A stretch of DNA of 64,000 nt from Camelus ferus. Its lineage: Eukaryota. The stretch covers positions 28,956,001 through 29,020,000 of the forward strand of contig NC_045696.1 in NCBI RefSeq assembly GCF_009834535.1, written 5' to 3'. This document shows, in pieces, positions 11,596-23,189 of the stretch (the first letter of the stretch is position 1; each line of letters starts with the position of its first letter). The position numbers and the translations under genes are program-made. The notes beneath the pieces were generated by a model. It was not told where the DNA came from, ran no database searches, and saw only the letters and a program-made list of their open reading frames with translations.

Positions 11596-14071
11596 TCTCC
11601 TTCACATAAATGCGTCAAATACAGCTAAATCTCTGCCCTAATCCTGGTATTCTTACTCAAGATATTTCTGCAGAACATTTAAAAGTTTTAATAAAGGTGG
11701 TTTTGCAAATATATCATAAAATACTTAAAGTCATGTACTATAAAATTGTCTTATGGGGGTTTTCAGTTGCCTCCTGTTACCATGTCCATTCATTATTTAA
11801 ATTTTTCAGTTCTTAAACATCTTTTTAAGATGTTTCAAAATACTGTGGTTAGTATGATATGGTAATGTTTGACTTTATGTTTGAATTATGAATGGCTAAA
11901 TGAAAAAAGCCTTTAGCTGAAATATTTTCCTTTCCCCAGATTCAGGACACACTGAAAATTATGAGAAACATATGTCACAATGAAATTGATTGTGTGTGTG
12001 TCTGTGTTTGTAGCTATGGTTTATTCAAAAGTCATAACGGGGGAAAGGAGATGGTAAGATGGTAAAATGTGGCAATGAAAGTAATGTTTTCACCAACATG
12101 AAGTTTCAGGCTTCTGGGACTACAGAAAAACTATCAATGATGATATAATTTAATACTTCTTAAGGCACAACTAACCAATGCAGCAGAGTATCTCGGTGTA
12201 ACAAGTTTGCATTTCCTTCAGGTTAAAAATATTGTATGTATTTTATATATAATATATATAATTTACATATATGTTATATATCAAAATGTTATATATTATA
12301 TATGTATATTCTTTTCTGCTATCTTCACCTTGGAAACAGGTGTGTATTATCTTTGAAATGATCTTCAAAGGAGTTTATTTTTCCAAAGTTATCACTAATA
12401 AATTTTCATACCCCATCATTACACTCATGAATGATATCCCAAGTGAAGAATTTTTAAGTAAAGTAAATGCTATGCTTATAAAGCTTCCTGTAAAACTAAA
12501 CATTAAAACAAAGTTGGAGAGTTTTTTGTTCTTACTACAATGTCCCTCAATGTAATTAAAACAAACCCTAGAGACCCCACCTGTCAGAATAGAGGATAAC
12601 AAAGCAGGGAATCCAGTCATTAACTGTATCTTCCAGAAATTCCCGTAATGTTACATTAAAGCCAGGATATGCTAACAATATTCAATGACTTCCCCAAAGA
12701 AACTTCCCAAGTTAATGACAGCATTGGGTATAGAATGTTATTCTCAACATCTTCCTTTTTTTTGAACGCCTCAATTTATTATTTTTAAATTACTACAACT
12801 ATTTGATGGTAATAAATTACAGAAATTAAAAAATACATTCAATGATTTTCTGAAAACCAGTGAAGTCAGCAAAGTATTTTTTCATGGAATTTAAATATGT
12901 GAATAATTTCTATACCTGTTTTTGTTATCGTTATGAGTCCTAGATCAAAAGAACTGAGACCTACTCTTTCATTGCCTGAATATTTCCTAAAAGTGTATTT
13001 TCTGAACTTGAAAAATAGTAATCAGATATAGCCACAGATTTACACACATAAAATAACATTTCTTTAGAGAAGGTCTCTGGTCTATTTCCCCTCTCATCTC
13101 TTTTGCTTCTTTTAAGAAAAAAAAAATTCCCCTCTGTATTCGATAGAAGGTTTTTTATTTTCTTACTCTAAAGTAGATTTCAATCTACTATTTGGAAGTT
13201 TTCCCCCTCAAGATCCATACTTCTATCATCCAATTTCTTATGTGCTCCTGCTTCGGTTTTGTTTGTTTTTCATGGTATCTTCCTTATTCCTATGGTTTAT
13301 CAACTTTAATGGAGGCAATGTATTAATGTTGATTTGTTTTTTTTAAATCATTTTTAAAGTTACGTTTTTCTTCTGAATTACGAAATTTTATTCCTTTTTT
13401 CTTCTCTTGGGTGCATTTTCTGAAGACCCATGCATCTCTCATTTTGTTCAGCATCATGTGAGAAATGATATCCAAGCCTGATATTTCCTAGTGGACATAT
13501 TGCATATTATGGCCTTACTTCAGTTAACTTTACCTTCAGCGTTCAACTGCCTATAGCTGAATGCACACAGCTCTCATTCCAATTCCCAGTTTCCAATAAG
13601 GATTAATCTAATTCACCTATTCTAGATTCTTTATCTCTAAAATGAAATAAACAACTATCTTCACATGCCCCTCCTTACTTCCAGTTTGGCTCTTTACTGG
13701 GATTTGTTCCTCCTCAGAGGATATAGAGAGGACACTGTTAGGAGAAGGAAGAGAAGGTGCTTACAATCCAGTTGCCTCAAAAAGATCACATCCTTAAAAT
13801 AGAAAGGCTAGGTTAGGTCTAGGTTTCTGATATAATATTTTTAGTTACTATATGAAAGAAAAATAAATCTCTCTGCGTATTTCCTCTGCTCAGGACAGAG
13901 CTATGAATATGTGAACTGTCAATGGTGTTTCTTTACCTAACCTAGTACAATTCTCATGTTGTTACTGGAAATCCTTCCAAGATTCTGGAAATACATTGCT
14001 GGCATTTTTTTTCTTTGTTTTCCTGGTGGTTGTAGTTATGTTAAAATTAGTAAGAACTGTTATGGGAATGC

Positions 14072-14253
14072 ATACACATCTGTCAGAATGGCTATGTCAA
14101 AAAGATGACAGTAAATGTTGGTGGGGATGTGGAGGAAAGGGAGCCCTTATACCCTGTTGGTGGGAATGTAAACTGGTACAGCCACTGTGGAAAACAGTGT
14201 GGAGTTTCCTCAGAAAAATTAAAAATAGAGCTGCCATACAATCAAGCAAATTC
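14072..14253 (+). mobile_element. L1 ORF2 C-terminal fragment
   Basis: ORF 13996..14319 contains [16 protein letters not shown], the L1 ORF2 cysteine-rich-domain motif. Confidence 0.9.
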
Positions 14254-14389
14254 AAGGAAGATCATCTCTTAATTTTTAAAGAAGAAAAAGTATCAAAATC
14301 ATTTCTAATATATCTTTAAATATGTGCTTTCTTCTGTCTTCCCCCCAAATCCAGTAAGATCAATTTGTTTTTTCCTTGGGACATCAGCA

Positions 14390-15800
14390 CAGATAGAATA
14401 AAATCAAAACCCTTCATCAGGAGACTTAATATTTCGATGTTCTAGCTCCAAAATAACAGACAGATGCCTTTCCACTTCCAGCTCCTTAACTTAAAATACA
14501 CTGATCTATGAATCATTTTGAGAATATGCCTACATGTCTATTGCTGTATATCTTTGCTCATTCTGTACCTCCCCTATATTCTTTGTATTGAAATCATACT
14601 CTTAGTTAAGGCTTCTCACAAATGCCACACATAATGGCAAGTCTTTTTTGATTTGCTGCTGTGGGTGGATCCATCGCCCCTCTATGCCACAGCCTGGTCC
14701 TTGTGTGCTATTCTGCACTACTCACAAATACTGAATCCTCTGTGTACTTTCCTTAATGAGTTTTCTTCCATCTCCACAGTCGCTCTTTTAAAACCTCACA
14801 CTTGTCAAACACCCTTTCTCACTAGCCTCCATTTAACTTTACAGAGAAAATACCATGAGACAAGATCTGCATTAATTCCAAAGCACTGGTCTATATGTAA
14901 ATGTGTCTTTCCCTCCCATCACCGTGGAAGAGACCTTCCATTTTATTTCCAAGACAAATTCCTTTACTCCTGCTTTGGGTTCTATCTGCCCTCACTCTCC
15001 AAACAACCACTAGTTTAATTGCTAGTTAAATTTTTTTTTTCCATTTACTAGTTCTTCATCAGTATTTCAATATGTTCAAAATTTCCCATCTTAACATCAT
15101 TCCCATCATCACACATCCTACTTAATGAAAAGAAAAATAGCTTTCACACTGTAATTTTCTAAGTGTTATGAATATAATGAAAATTGATAGTCTTGGACTC
15201 CCATTTATTATTTTATCATTTTTAGGGTCAGTAAAGTGATACCTTTGAAGTCTTTGTTTCTGCCCTGATGTCTCTCCTGAGCTACAAAACTACAAACCCA
15301 AAGACATACTGAGCATCTCCATTTATCTCCCCAAACATTCCCTTCTTATAATGTGCTTTTCTTACAAAATTTCCCGCCTTGGTACTATATACAGTCCACT
15401 GCAGTGAGAAAATGAGGAACTTCTCTGTATTACTTGACTTCTTATTCTCCCAACACTAACCCTCATCATCACAGGCCCTCTTGTTTCCTTCATACCATCT
15501 TTTCAGTCTTCTCACTTCTCTTCTTACCCATGTTCGTGCTTATGGTCCAAAGCACCACAATTTATCACCTGGTTTTAGACAACATTTTCCTAACAGGTGT
15601 CTTTCCTCCACTGAGATCTACAGTTTACAGAGCAGTCAGAGTGATGTCCTAAATCACACAACTGATAACGCTGGCTAAAAATCTTAATGCACTGCAAAGG
15701 CTCATTGCCTTCAGGAAAAATAAACATTATATTAGTGTATCATGGAAGGCTTTTCCTAGACAGAAACTTAGTTTCTTCTTCCATAACTCCAACACTCTGG
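14390..15800 (+). mobile_element. L2 LINE fragments
   Basis: ccctgatgtctctcctgagct; acagagcagtcagagtgatgtcctaaa; ggctcattgccttcagg. Pyrimidine-rich sense-strand L2 signatures. Confidence 0.6.
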
Positions 15801-16149
15801 CTGGTCCCTAGAACTTAGTTTGAGATTTTTCTTATTCTTTCCTTTTGTTGTTGCTGAACAGAGGCAAGGGGCCTGAGGCAGGCCCTAGGACTCTAAAGAA
15901 TGGCTGAAACATTCGGTGGGAAGAGTCTATCTCTGTGAAACGGGGAACCCTCAACTGATTTGCAGTGGACGATAATATGAGAAACAAACAATTTTTGTGT
16001 TCAGTCAATGACATATGGTTTTCATTTGTTAAAACACTTAATGTACCATAGCTAGTCCATTTAAGAGAAGAAATATTGATTACAAGAATAATATCCTCCA
16101 AAGATGACTGACTAGCACAATTGGCTAAAGGAATAGGAGAATTTTTGGC

Positions 16150-17060
16150 ATAATGATTAAATCCAAGAATACTCTTAAATGTAGTACAAAGGTAAAAATA
16201 CATGGAAACAATAAAATAAATACTATTAGTGATGGAAAATTCTAGATGTAGTAACATGCAAGTAAATTTGTTTCCAGTGTAATATGAGAGAATGGAGAAG
16301 AAAAAAATCAATGAAGAAATTTTAAGAAAAAAATCCCCACCTTCAGGGAGACACAGGATTTCACTTAAATTGCTTATTAAATGGTAAGCAGGATAAAGAG
16401 ACTATAACTAGACCTGCCTTTGGGAAATATCAAAGTTCCAAAGACAGATGGATCCTAAATTCTGACAAAAGTGAGAGAAAAAACTGAAAAAAAAAATGTT
16501 CATTTACAAGGATCAGCAGCTATTTTTCACCAGATTTCTTGTTAGTAATACTGAATACAACAACAGTGGTTGTCTTCAAAGGGATGAGAGAAATTGATGT
16601 TAGCTGGATAAACGTTGTACTCAGTTAAACTGTGAACTGTTAGGACAGAGGAAAACATTTTCAGACACATAAGGCCACAGAAAGGTTATTTTTGTTTACA
16701 TGTTTTTTGAAAGATACTATAGGATATATTTCAGGGAAGTAGAAATGAAAAGCAAGGAGGAGAACTAACCAAGACGAAGAAGCCGGAACAAACCCGAGGT
16801 AGAGAAGGGGAGTCTCCCAGGAGAGGCTGGAAGGATGCCAAGAGAGCTGTGCGTAGAGATTGGTGTGGAGAAAGGGGGTCCTCAGTGTGTCAGGCAGATG
16901 ATTAACAAAGTAAAGAAAAAGGTAAAGGTACATTGCTTTAGAGATAAAAAAAAAAATACATAACTATAAACTCCATGGCAGTAAAATTTCAGAGTTGCTT
17001 GTTTCACATAGTTTTCATAATTTTGGTAGATCTACTGTTTGTCTTGAATAAGGAAAGACC
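16150..17060 (+). mobile_element. HAL1 / old L1 ORF1-like relic
   Basis: ORF1-like tracts (caccagatttc...aatactgaatacaacaacagtgg...tcttcaaag; aaaacattttcagacac) followed by HAL1-type gagaaggggagtctcccagg...agctgtgc. Confidence 0.55.
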
Positions 17061-17703
17061 AGACATTGAGAATCAAGAAACCTAAGTTTCACCTTTGAAT
17101 CACCTTTGCCTCAATAAGCACTGATTTTCATCAAAAACAAAAAAAATTCTTTATAGTACAACTTAAGAAGTGTCTCTGTATAACGAAAGAGTTCATTTCT
17201 CAGGAGTACATTAAACTTAAAAAAAGAATTTTACTCCAGAAAGCATGAGATCATAAGTTATGTAATTTTGCAAACTTGGAAGTGTTCTTTAAATATATTC
17301 CCTACTTTATCTTGAGACAGAATTTGTTTACAGAGTGAATAGAAAATACGTAGTTTTTGTTACCAATATTTTTTAAATGTTTGAAAATAAAGCCCCATAC
17401 ATTCAAGATTAAAACTTACAAGATGAAAAATAGTATCTATAAGAGAACATGAAAAGGTAGATCATTAAAATGTCATAGTTATCACTAAAATAGTATTCTG
17501 CTTACTAAATATAAAACCAGTAGTAAACTTTCACTCATTAGATTGAACTGGCATCACTTGTTTTGGCTCTAAAACAGAAGCATTTTACTTTTTTACTAGC
17601 TTTTTCTGAACTTAAATACATATAGAAATAAGGACTGTATATTGTGTCCATGAAATACACAAGAACTGAATAAATTTTTTTTCATGTCCAAATATGAAAA
17701 AGA

Positions 17704-17761
17704 CTTCTTTCTCTTTCTCTCTGTTTCTTTCTCTCTTTCTCTCTCTCCCTCTCTCCCTCTC
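17704..17761. repeat. CT-rich simple repeat
   Basis: Direct read. Confidence 0.85.
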
Positions 17762-18869
17762 AATTCTGGAGTTATATGAGTTCAAGCAATGAAATGAGTT
17801 ATTTGTGTGAACACAAATATTGCAATCTTTATCACTGTGTCTTGTCTTCTACAATACAAAACTCCACGATAGGAATGAGTAAAATGCTTTCTGATGATGG
17901 TGATGAGGAGCAAGACGTTGTTGTTCAGGTAATCCACAAGAAAACAAGTAGCTAGAGTGTGCGGCCTAACGTGGTATATTGATCAGCTACAGGGAAATAA
18001 AGGGGCAATGAAAACAAGAATGTAATGGAGTAGCGAAGGAAGAGAAATTCTATTCTGACAAACAGATAAAGCCTAAAGCTAAGGTACAAGTAAAACAGAA
18101 TTTGTAATAGAGAAGCAGACAATAAACAACATTGAGAACTCTAAAATACAAGAGAATTGAGATATTAATCATGACAGTTTCTCTTTTAAATTCATATTTA
18201 TACAATATGGATAGTCCTAAACACCTAAAGGAAATGGGTCCATCACTGGAGGGGACATCTGGGCTGCTACTTTGGTATTCCATACTAATACTGGAGCTGA
18301 GAGTATATTGGTGGTTGTGAGAGAAACACTGTTATAATTCTATCAAACTGCCCTCTTAGTGAAATATGTCAAAATGATGGGTGTACCACAGACATATGTT
18401 TTTTTGCTTGTTTGTTTTCTAGTAAATCTGCCACAAGGACTCAGCATTACCCTACTGTGTAGATCATGTTCTTTTTGCTGACTTTTTGAGTCTGTCCTCA
18501 GCCCTCTCAGCCTCTAACTGGTGGCATCCTCTTGCCCCTTCAGAGTTTTAAGAGTAAAATGTAAAACAGTGTAAAATGTATCAGAGAAAATAATTAAAGT
18601 TAAGGAGAAAGGAGTCAACTGGATTTAGAAATTAACCTTAGAAAGTAACCACAGTGTAATGTGTATTTGGAAGGTGGAAGTGGGGAAGAAGCCAGACCAG
18701 CAAGGCTGTGGAAAAAGAGGAAAAAGAAAATCAAAATAACAAGTGGAAATGAAATAACAAATAACAAATTTTTAAGTAATTTTATGATTAACGTTTTCTA
18801 CTCATTTTTTGAAGTTGGAGTTAAGAACATATGTTTTGACTATTACTAATCAACAATTCAAAATTACTG

Positions 18870-19030
18870 AACACCTGATATTTTCTGTGTTCATTTAAGT
18901 TCACAATAATCTTATTAAGAAGATACAGTTATTATCTTCATTTTATAAATGAGGAAACTGAAACGAAAAACAAATTAACTAGCAGATAATCACACACTAA
19001 GTGGTAGTTTTGTTCCAAAGCCTACATTCT
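18870..19030 (-). mobile_element. MIR SINE
   Basis: ttattatcttcattttataaatgaggaaactga is the reverse MIR core. Confidence 0.65.
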
Positions 19031-19423
19031 TAATTAGTAAAACAGATTAGAGAGCAGTTTTAGAGAGCAAAATTAGAGAGCATACAGCTAAAGTATTTTG
19101 GTCATAGTTTGCAATGGTAGATTTATACTTAAAATAATGAAAAAGGAAAACTTTAAGGGGTTATAAAATTTTTGTTTAGTTTTGAGGGTCCCCCTAACGT
19201 TGGGACTAGAGATTTCGAGTACCATTGATCACATTATTGTGTGAATTTCCTTTTCATTCAATATAACACTCCATTTTAATCGGGTACTACAAGAAATATG
19301 AGCCTAGAAAAAATACTTGGAAAATGTAAAAAAAAAAAAAAAAAAAAAGAACAGAATTTAGAGAAAATATAGAGAACTCAAACCAAAGGTGTTGGGAAGT
19401 GAAATCCTTTTTTAATCTCCACT

Positions 19424-19866
19424 TGTATTCATTTTCTAGGTCAGCTATAACAAAGTACCACAAACTAGATGAGTTCAAAGACCAGAAATCTATTATCTCA
19501 CAGTTCTAGAGGCTGGAAGTCAGAAATCAAAATGTCAGCAGAGACTGACTCCATCTGAAACCTGCAGGGCAAGGATACTTCCTTGCCTCTTTCAGCTTCC
19601 AGTAGCCCTAAACATTCCTTGATTTGTAGCAGCATAATTCCAATATCCACATTTCATTTTCTGTTTTTTCTCAAAGTCCTCTCTCTGGGTATGGCTGTCT
19701 CTGTGTCAAATGCCATCTTTTCATAAGAACTCCAGTCCGACTGGATTAAGGTCATTTTAACCTAATTACCTCTGTAAGGCCTGTTTCCAATTAGATCACA
19801 CGGCTAACGTTCTCGGGGCTAGGACTTCAACATATGTTTTGGGGGGACATAGTTCAACTCATAATA
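19424..19866 (-). mobile_element. MaLR solo LTR (MLT1C-like)
   Basis: tgtattcattttctagg...aacaaagtaccacaaact...cacagttctagaggctggaagtc...ggggacatagttcaactcataata. 5-bp TSD ccact/ccaat with 1 mismatch. Confidence 0.9.
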
Positions 19867-19869
19867 CCA

Positions 19870-20690
19870 ATACTTCCATACAGGAGAAGATTCTCAAATT
19901 AGTAATAGCCTAGGGAAATATTAAGAGCATTAAGATATACTGATTGGGTATAGACCAAACCAAGACAAGTCAGCCTGCCTTTGTTAAGACCTCTTAATGA
20001 ACTATAGTTACACCTATTAGAACTTCTTGTCTGGTAAAAACTACTTACAGAAAGATTAAGAATACGGGCCTAGCAAAACCTAATGGGCCAAAATACCAGT
20101 GATTAACTATATACGGAGAGGCATGTCTATAAAAGAATAATCATATAACTTTTATACTAACTGAAATAAAATGCCTTGAAAATTTAAGTTTCTGAAAGAA
20201 CCTGATTGACAAAATCACTGCCAGCGTGAAATAAAAGACAGTGAGATAAAGATAGACTTCCGGCACCCCAATTTCTATATAACAAGCAGCTGGTTGAGAA
20301 AGCAGCTTAACTGCCAAAAGGGAAGTATTACTCGAAAACCTTTTCAGATATAACCAAGCCGGATAATTAAAGAAACTTCCGTGAACAGAGTAATGGACTG
20401 TGGTGAAAAATGAACTAGGAAACCACTTCTAAGAAATCTAAATATGTTTCCTTAAGCCAGGATTGAGAGACCTGGTAACACTTCCTCAGCGAGATTTTGG
20501 ACTTGCAATAAAACAGTGACTGCTATGTTTCCCTTCTCTTCATTACTATTATCTTTTCCCCGTCTCAACTTTACAGGGTAGGTGTTTGGGAGACAGATAC
20601 AACTTGTTTCTTTTTATCATAGGTCATCGCTTCTTGTGTATCATAAAATCCTGGATTTCAAGCTGATGTAACTGGATGAAACTTGGCATT
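19870..20690 (+). mobile_element. MaLR internal sequence (MLT1-int-like), 3' part
   Basis: cagtgactgctatgtttccc...cagatacaacttgtttc...atcctggatttcaagctgatgtaactggatgaaactt resembles the MLT1-int 3' end. Confidence 0.6.
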
Positions 20691-20699
20691 TGTGGAATA

Positions 20700-21140
20700 G
20701 AGCCAGCGAGCTTTGCAGGAGAGGAAAGTGCATACGGAAAAGACGCGGGAATAAAGCAGACGAGATCACTGTGACGAAAATTCACTCCCTTCCCCTTCAG
20801 ACCTCCTGGCGGCAAAATGCGCTCCCGCAGCCCCACCCCAGTCACCGCTCAACTGCGGTTTTGCGCATGGGATTTACCTTGCCAGACAGGACGCAAGCTT
20901 GGAGCTGGGTCTTCTCTCTTCTGCTTCTCCCACTGCCACAAAAAAGCCTTCTCCCAGGAGCAGCCTCTCCTTTATCCTTAATTCCCCAATTGAACACACT
21001 TGAAGCGGACGGGAGCCCAGCCTACGGTAGCCGCGAGGAGCCAATACCAGTCAGACCTGCTTTCGATGCAAAATCGCCCCGCCAGGATCAACCTCCGTCA
21101 GGTGAGCTCCAGCTGAGATAAGGGCTGCACGTGCTCTTCC
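20700..21140. promoter_or_regulatory. CpG-rich promoter-like segment (small CpG island), candidate bidirectional promoter
   Basis: About 23 CpGs in about 430 bp (manual count) in an otherwise CpG-depleted window. CCAAT at 21041, GC box at 21076, E-box CACGTG at 21128, E2F-like sites at 20744/20809/20823, NRF1 half-site at 20862. Donors AAG|GTAAAT (minus, GT 20877-20876) and CAG|GTGAGC (plus, GT 21102-21103). Confidence 0.7.
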
Positions 21141-22722
21141 TGGATTCTGTGGTTATTTGTTAGCCAGCTTTGTGTGGGAATAGTTAACCAATACGTTCGC
21201 AGCTGAAAAGAAGTATGATAATGAAGTATACAACCTACTCTCCTATATTAGGTACTGAGGAACCATTCTTTTTTTTTTCTCTCTTTTCTTCATTTAACTC
21301 ATTTGCTATTATATATCTTATAAATTCACATGAATGAGTTAACATTTGTGCTTTTTTTGTTTTGCTTGTTTTGTTTAAATCAACTAATGATCCCTCACCT
21401 AAAATAGACCCCAAATTGTTAATGATTGTTAAATTACCTTCTGCAATATTTATTTTAAAATAGTATGATGTCACTCTGAGAAACAAGAGGATGGAGGGTA
21501 TGACCATCTCTTGTTTTTATGCACCTATACTTAAATTTTAATCTGTTAACGAATTTCTTCTAGCATTCCTTTTCATGGCCTCCTGCACAAGTCCTTAAGT
21601 TAAGAATAATAAAACTACCAATGTGTCTTTTACATGAAAATCATCTTTATCACTTCCCAGACAGATGCTAGGCAATACCAAAGCTTCACTCCTTTACCTT
21701 ACAAAAGGAAGGATGCTAGAAACATTTAGGTATGTTTGGAATTCTCTATATTTTAATTAGCTCAATCATATTTTAAGAGCTCTTCTATTTTTCAAACACA
21801 CAATAATACAGGAAGTCAGCTAAATCAGAAAGACAGGATTACCCTGCTCTAGCTTAATTTTATAAGGTCAAAGTTTATTAATATAAATGGATTTTACTAG
21901 TTGTTTACATGTTTTTAGGTAAGTAGAGCCATACATGTATTTGTATGCAAATTTCAACACAGTGACCAATACACAAATTGACTTATTTAAATATTTCATT
22001 CCTAGACTTAAAAACCCTTTTCTACTTAGGAGGGTTATAGCTTAGCTCACCATTTTTCAGGTCAAATTGAAAGGCCCTAGAGATTTGTCAATGTCTTCAG
22101 AGTCTACAATACTTTCTTAAATTCGGGATAGTTATTACTTGAGTCCTTAAGAAACACAGATAAACCCACATATTTATATATTACATACAATAAAGAATTA
22201 AACTTTTCTCTATTCTAATATTGTCAGTTCTATAATAAATTTACTCAGGTATTAATGGTCAGTTTCTACTCATATTTACCAGAATGGAGAAGCTTGGTCT
22301 TTTGGGAGAAAACTAGAGTGTCAAATAAAAAGTATATAGAATTCCCAGATAATTTCAGTATAGAAATGACTTTCTGCCAGTAAACAATAATCTAAGACCA
22401 TCAGAACATAAAGTTGGTAGGAAAATGTTCATTTTGATTCTTTACTTTGAGAAGTTTTAAGTACTATCATTGGCATTTCGTATTCCAATAGTCTTTTATG
22501 TGATCTTCATTGTTGGACAATACACAAGAATCTAAGAAGTTCTATTCTGCCTAGACTGGGTGTAATATACAGATCTGACTCCAGTTGGAGGCAGAAGGTA
22601 TCTTCAAGTTAGTTTGTAAATGATTTTAGCTTATGAGGTAGAATGTACTGAGTCAGAATCACAATATAATTTAGTATAAAATAGTGTACCCAGTATTGTG
22701 TACTAGGTACCTAGTGGGCTGG

Positions 22723-22965
22723 AGTGATGCTTAATTTTATGTGTTACCTTGGCTTAGGTCATGGTGCTCAGTTGTTTGGATGTTCTTGTGAAGGTATTTT
22801 TTTTCTATGTGATTAACATGTAAATCGATAGACATTGAGTAAAATAGATTATCCTCTATAATGTGAATGGGCCTCATCCAATCAGTTAAAGGTCTTAAGA
22901 ATAAAGACTGAGCTTTTCCTTAGGAGGAAGGAATTTGAGCTTAATACTGCAACATCGAATCTTGT
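22723..22965 (+). mobile_element. MLT2 (ERVL) LTR, 5' part
   Basis: gtgatgcttaattttatgtgt...ataatgtgaatgggcctcatccaatcagttaaaggtcttaag, a characteristic MLT2 start. Confidence 0.8.
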
Positions 22966-22979
22966 GCACAAGAATCTAA

Positions 22980-23185
22980 TCATGCGGTTGGGGTGCCGTC
23001 TGCCAGGTTTCTCCACTGTGAAGTAATTTTCTCTTTGTAATTAATAGTGTTTTGGGGGAGGTATTTTTTTAAAAATACATAAATATCCTGTTTCTTATTG
23101 TATTTTTACTCACTGATTTTTGGCGCCCATCAGTAGGTCTTGCCTGTAGCAATATTACAGTGTTGTCTTCCATTAATTTTTACCA
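22980..23185 (-). mobile_element. Old L1M 3' UTR fragment
   Basis: tctgccaggtttctccactgtgaagt...ctttgtaattaata...aaatatcctgtttct. Confidence 0.5.
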
Positions 23186-23189
23186 CTGG

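Noticed and set aside
15832..16311. Longest ORF in the track (159 aa)
   Set aside because: Non-ATG start, partly antisense to a HAL1/L1 relic, and hydrophobic composition typical of AT-rich chance ORFs.
19047..19082. Three ttagagagca units at 13-bp period
   Set aside because: Tiny slippage tandem with 3-nt spacers. Not CRISPR-like, no cas genes, and the DNA is mammalian.
20690..21121. 143-aa ORF over the CpG-rich segment
   Set aside because: Starts at a TTG, has no recognisable domain, and open frames are expected in GC-rich DNA.
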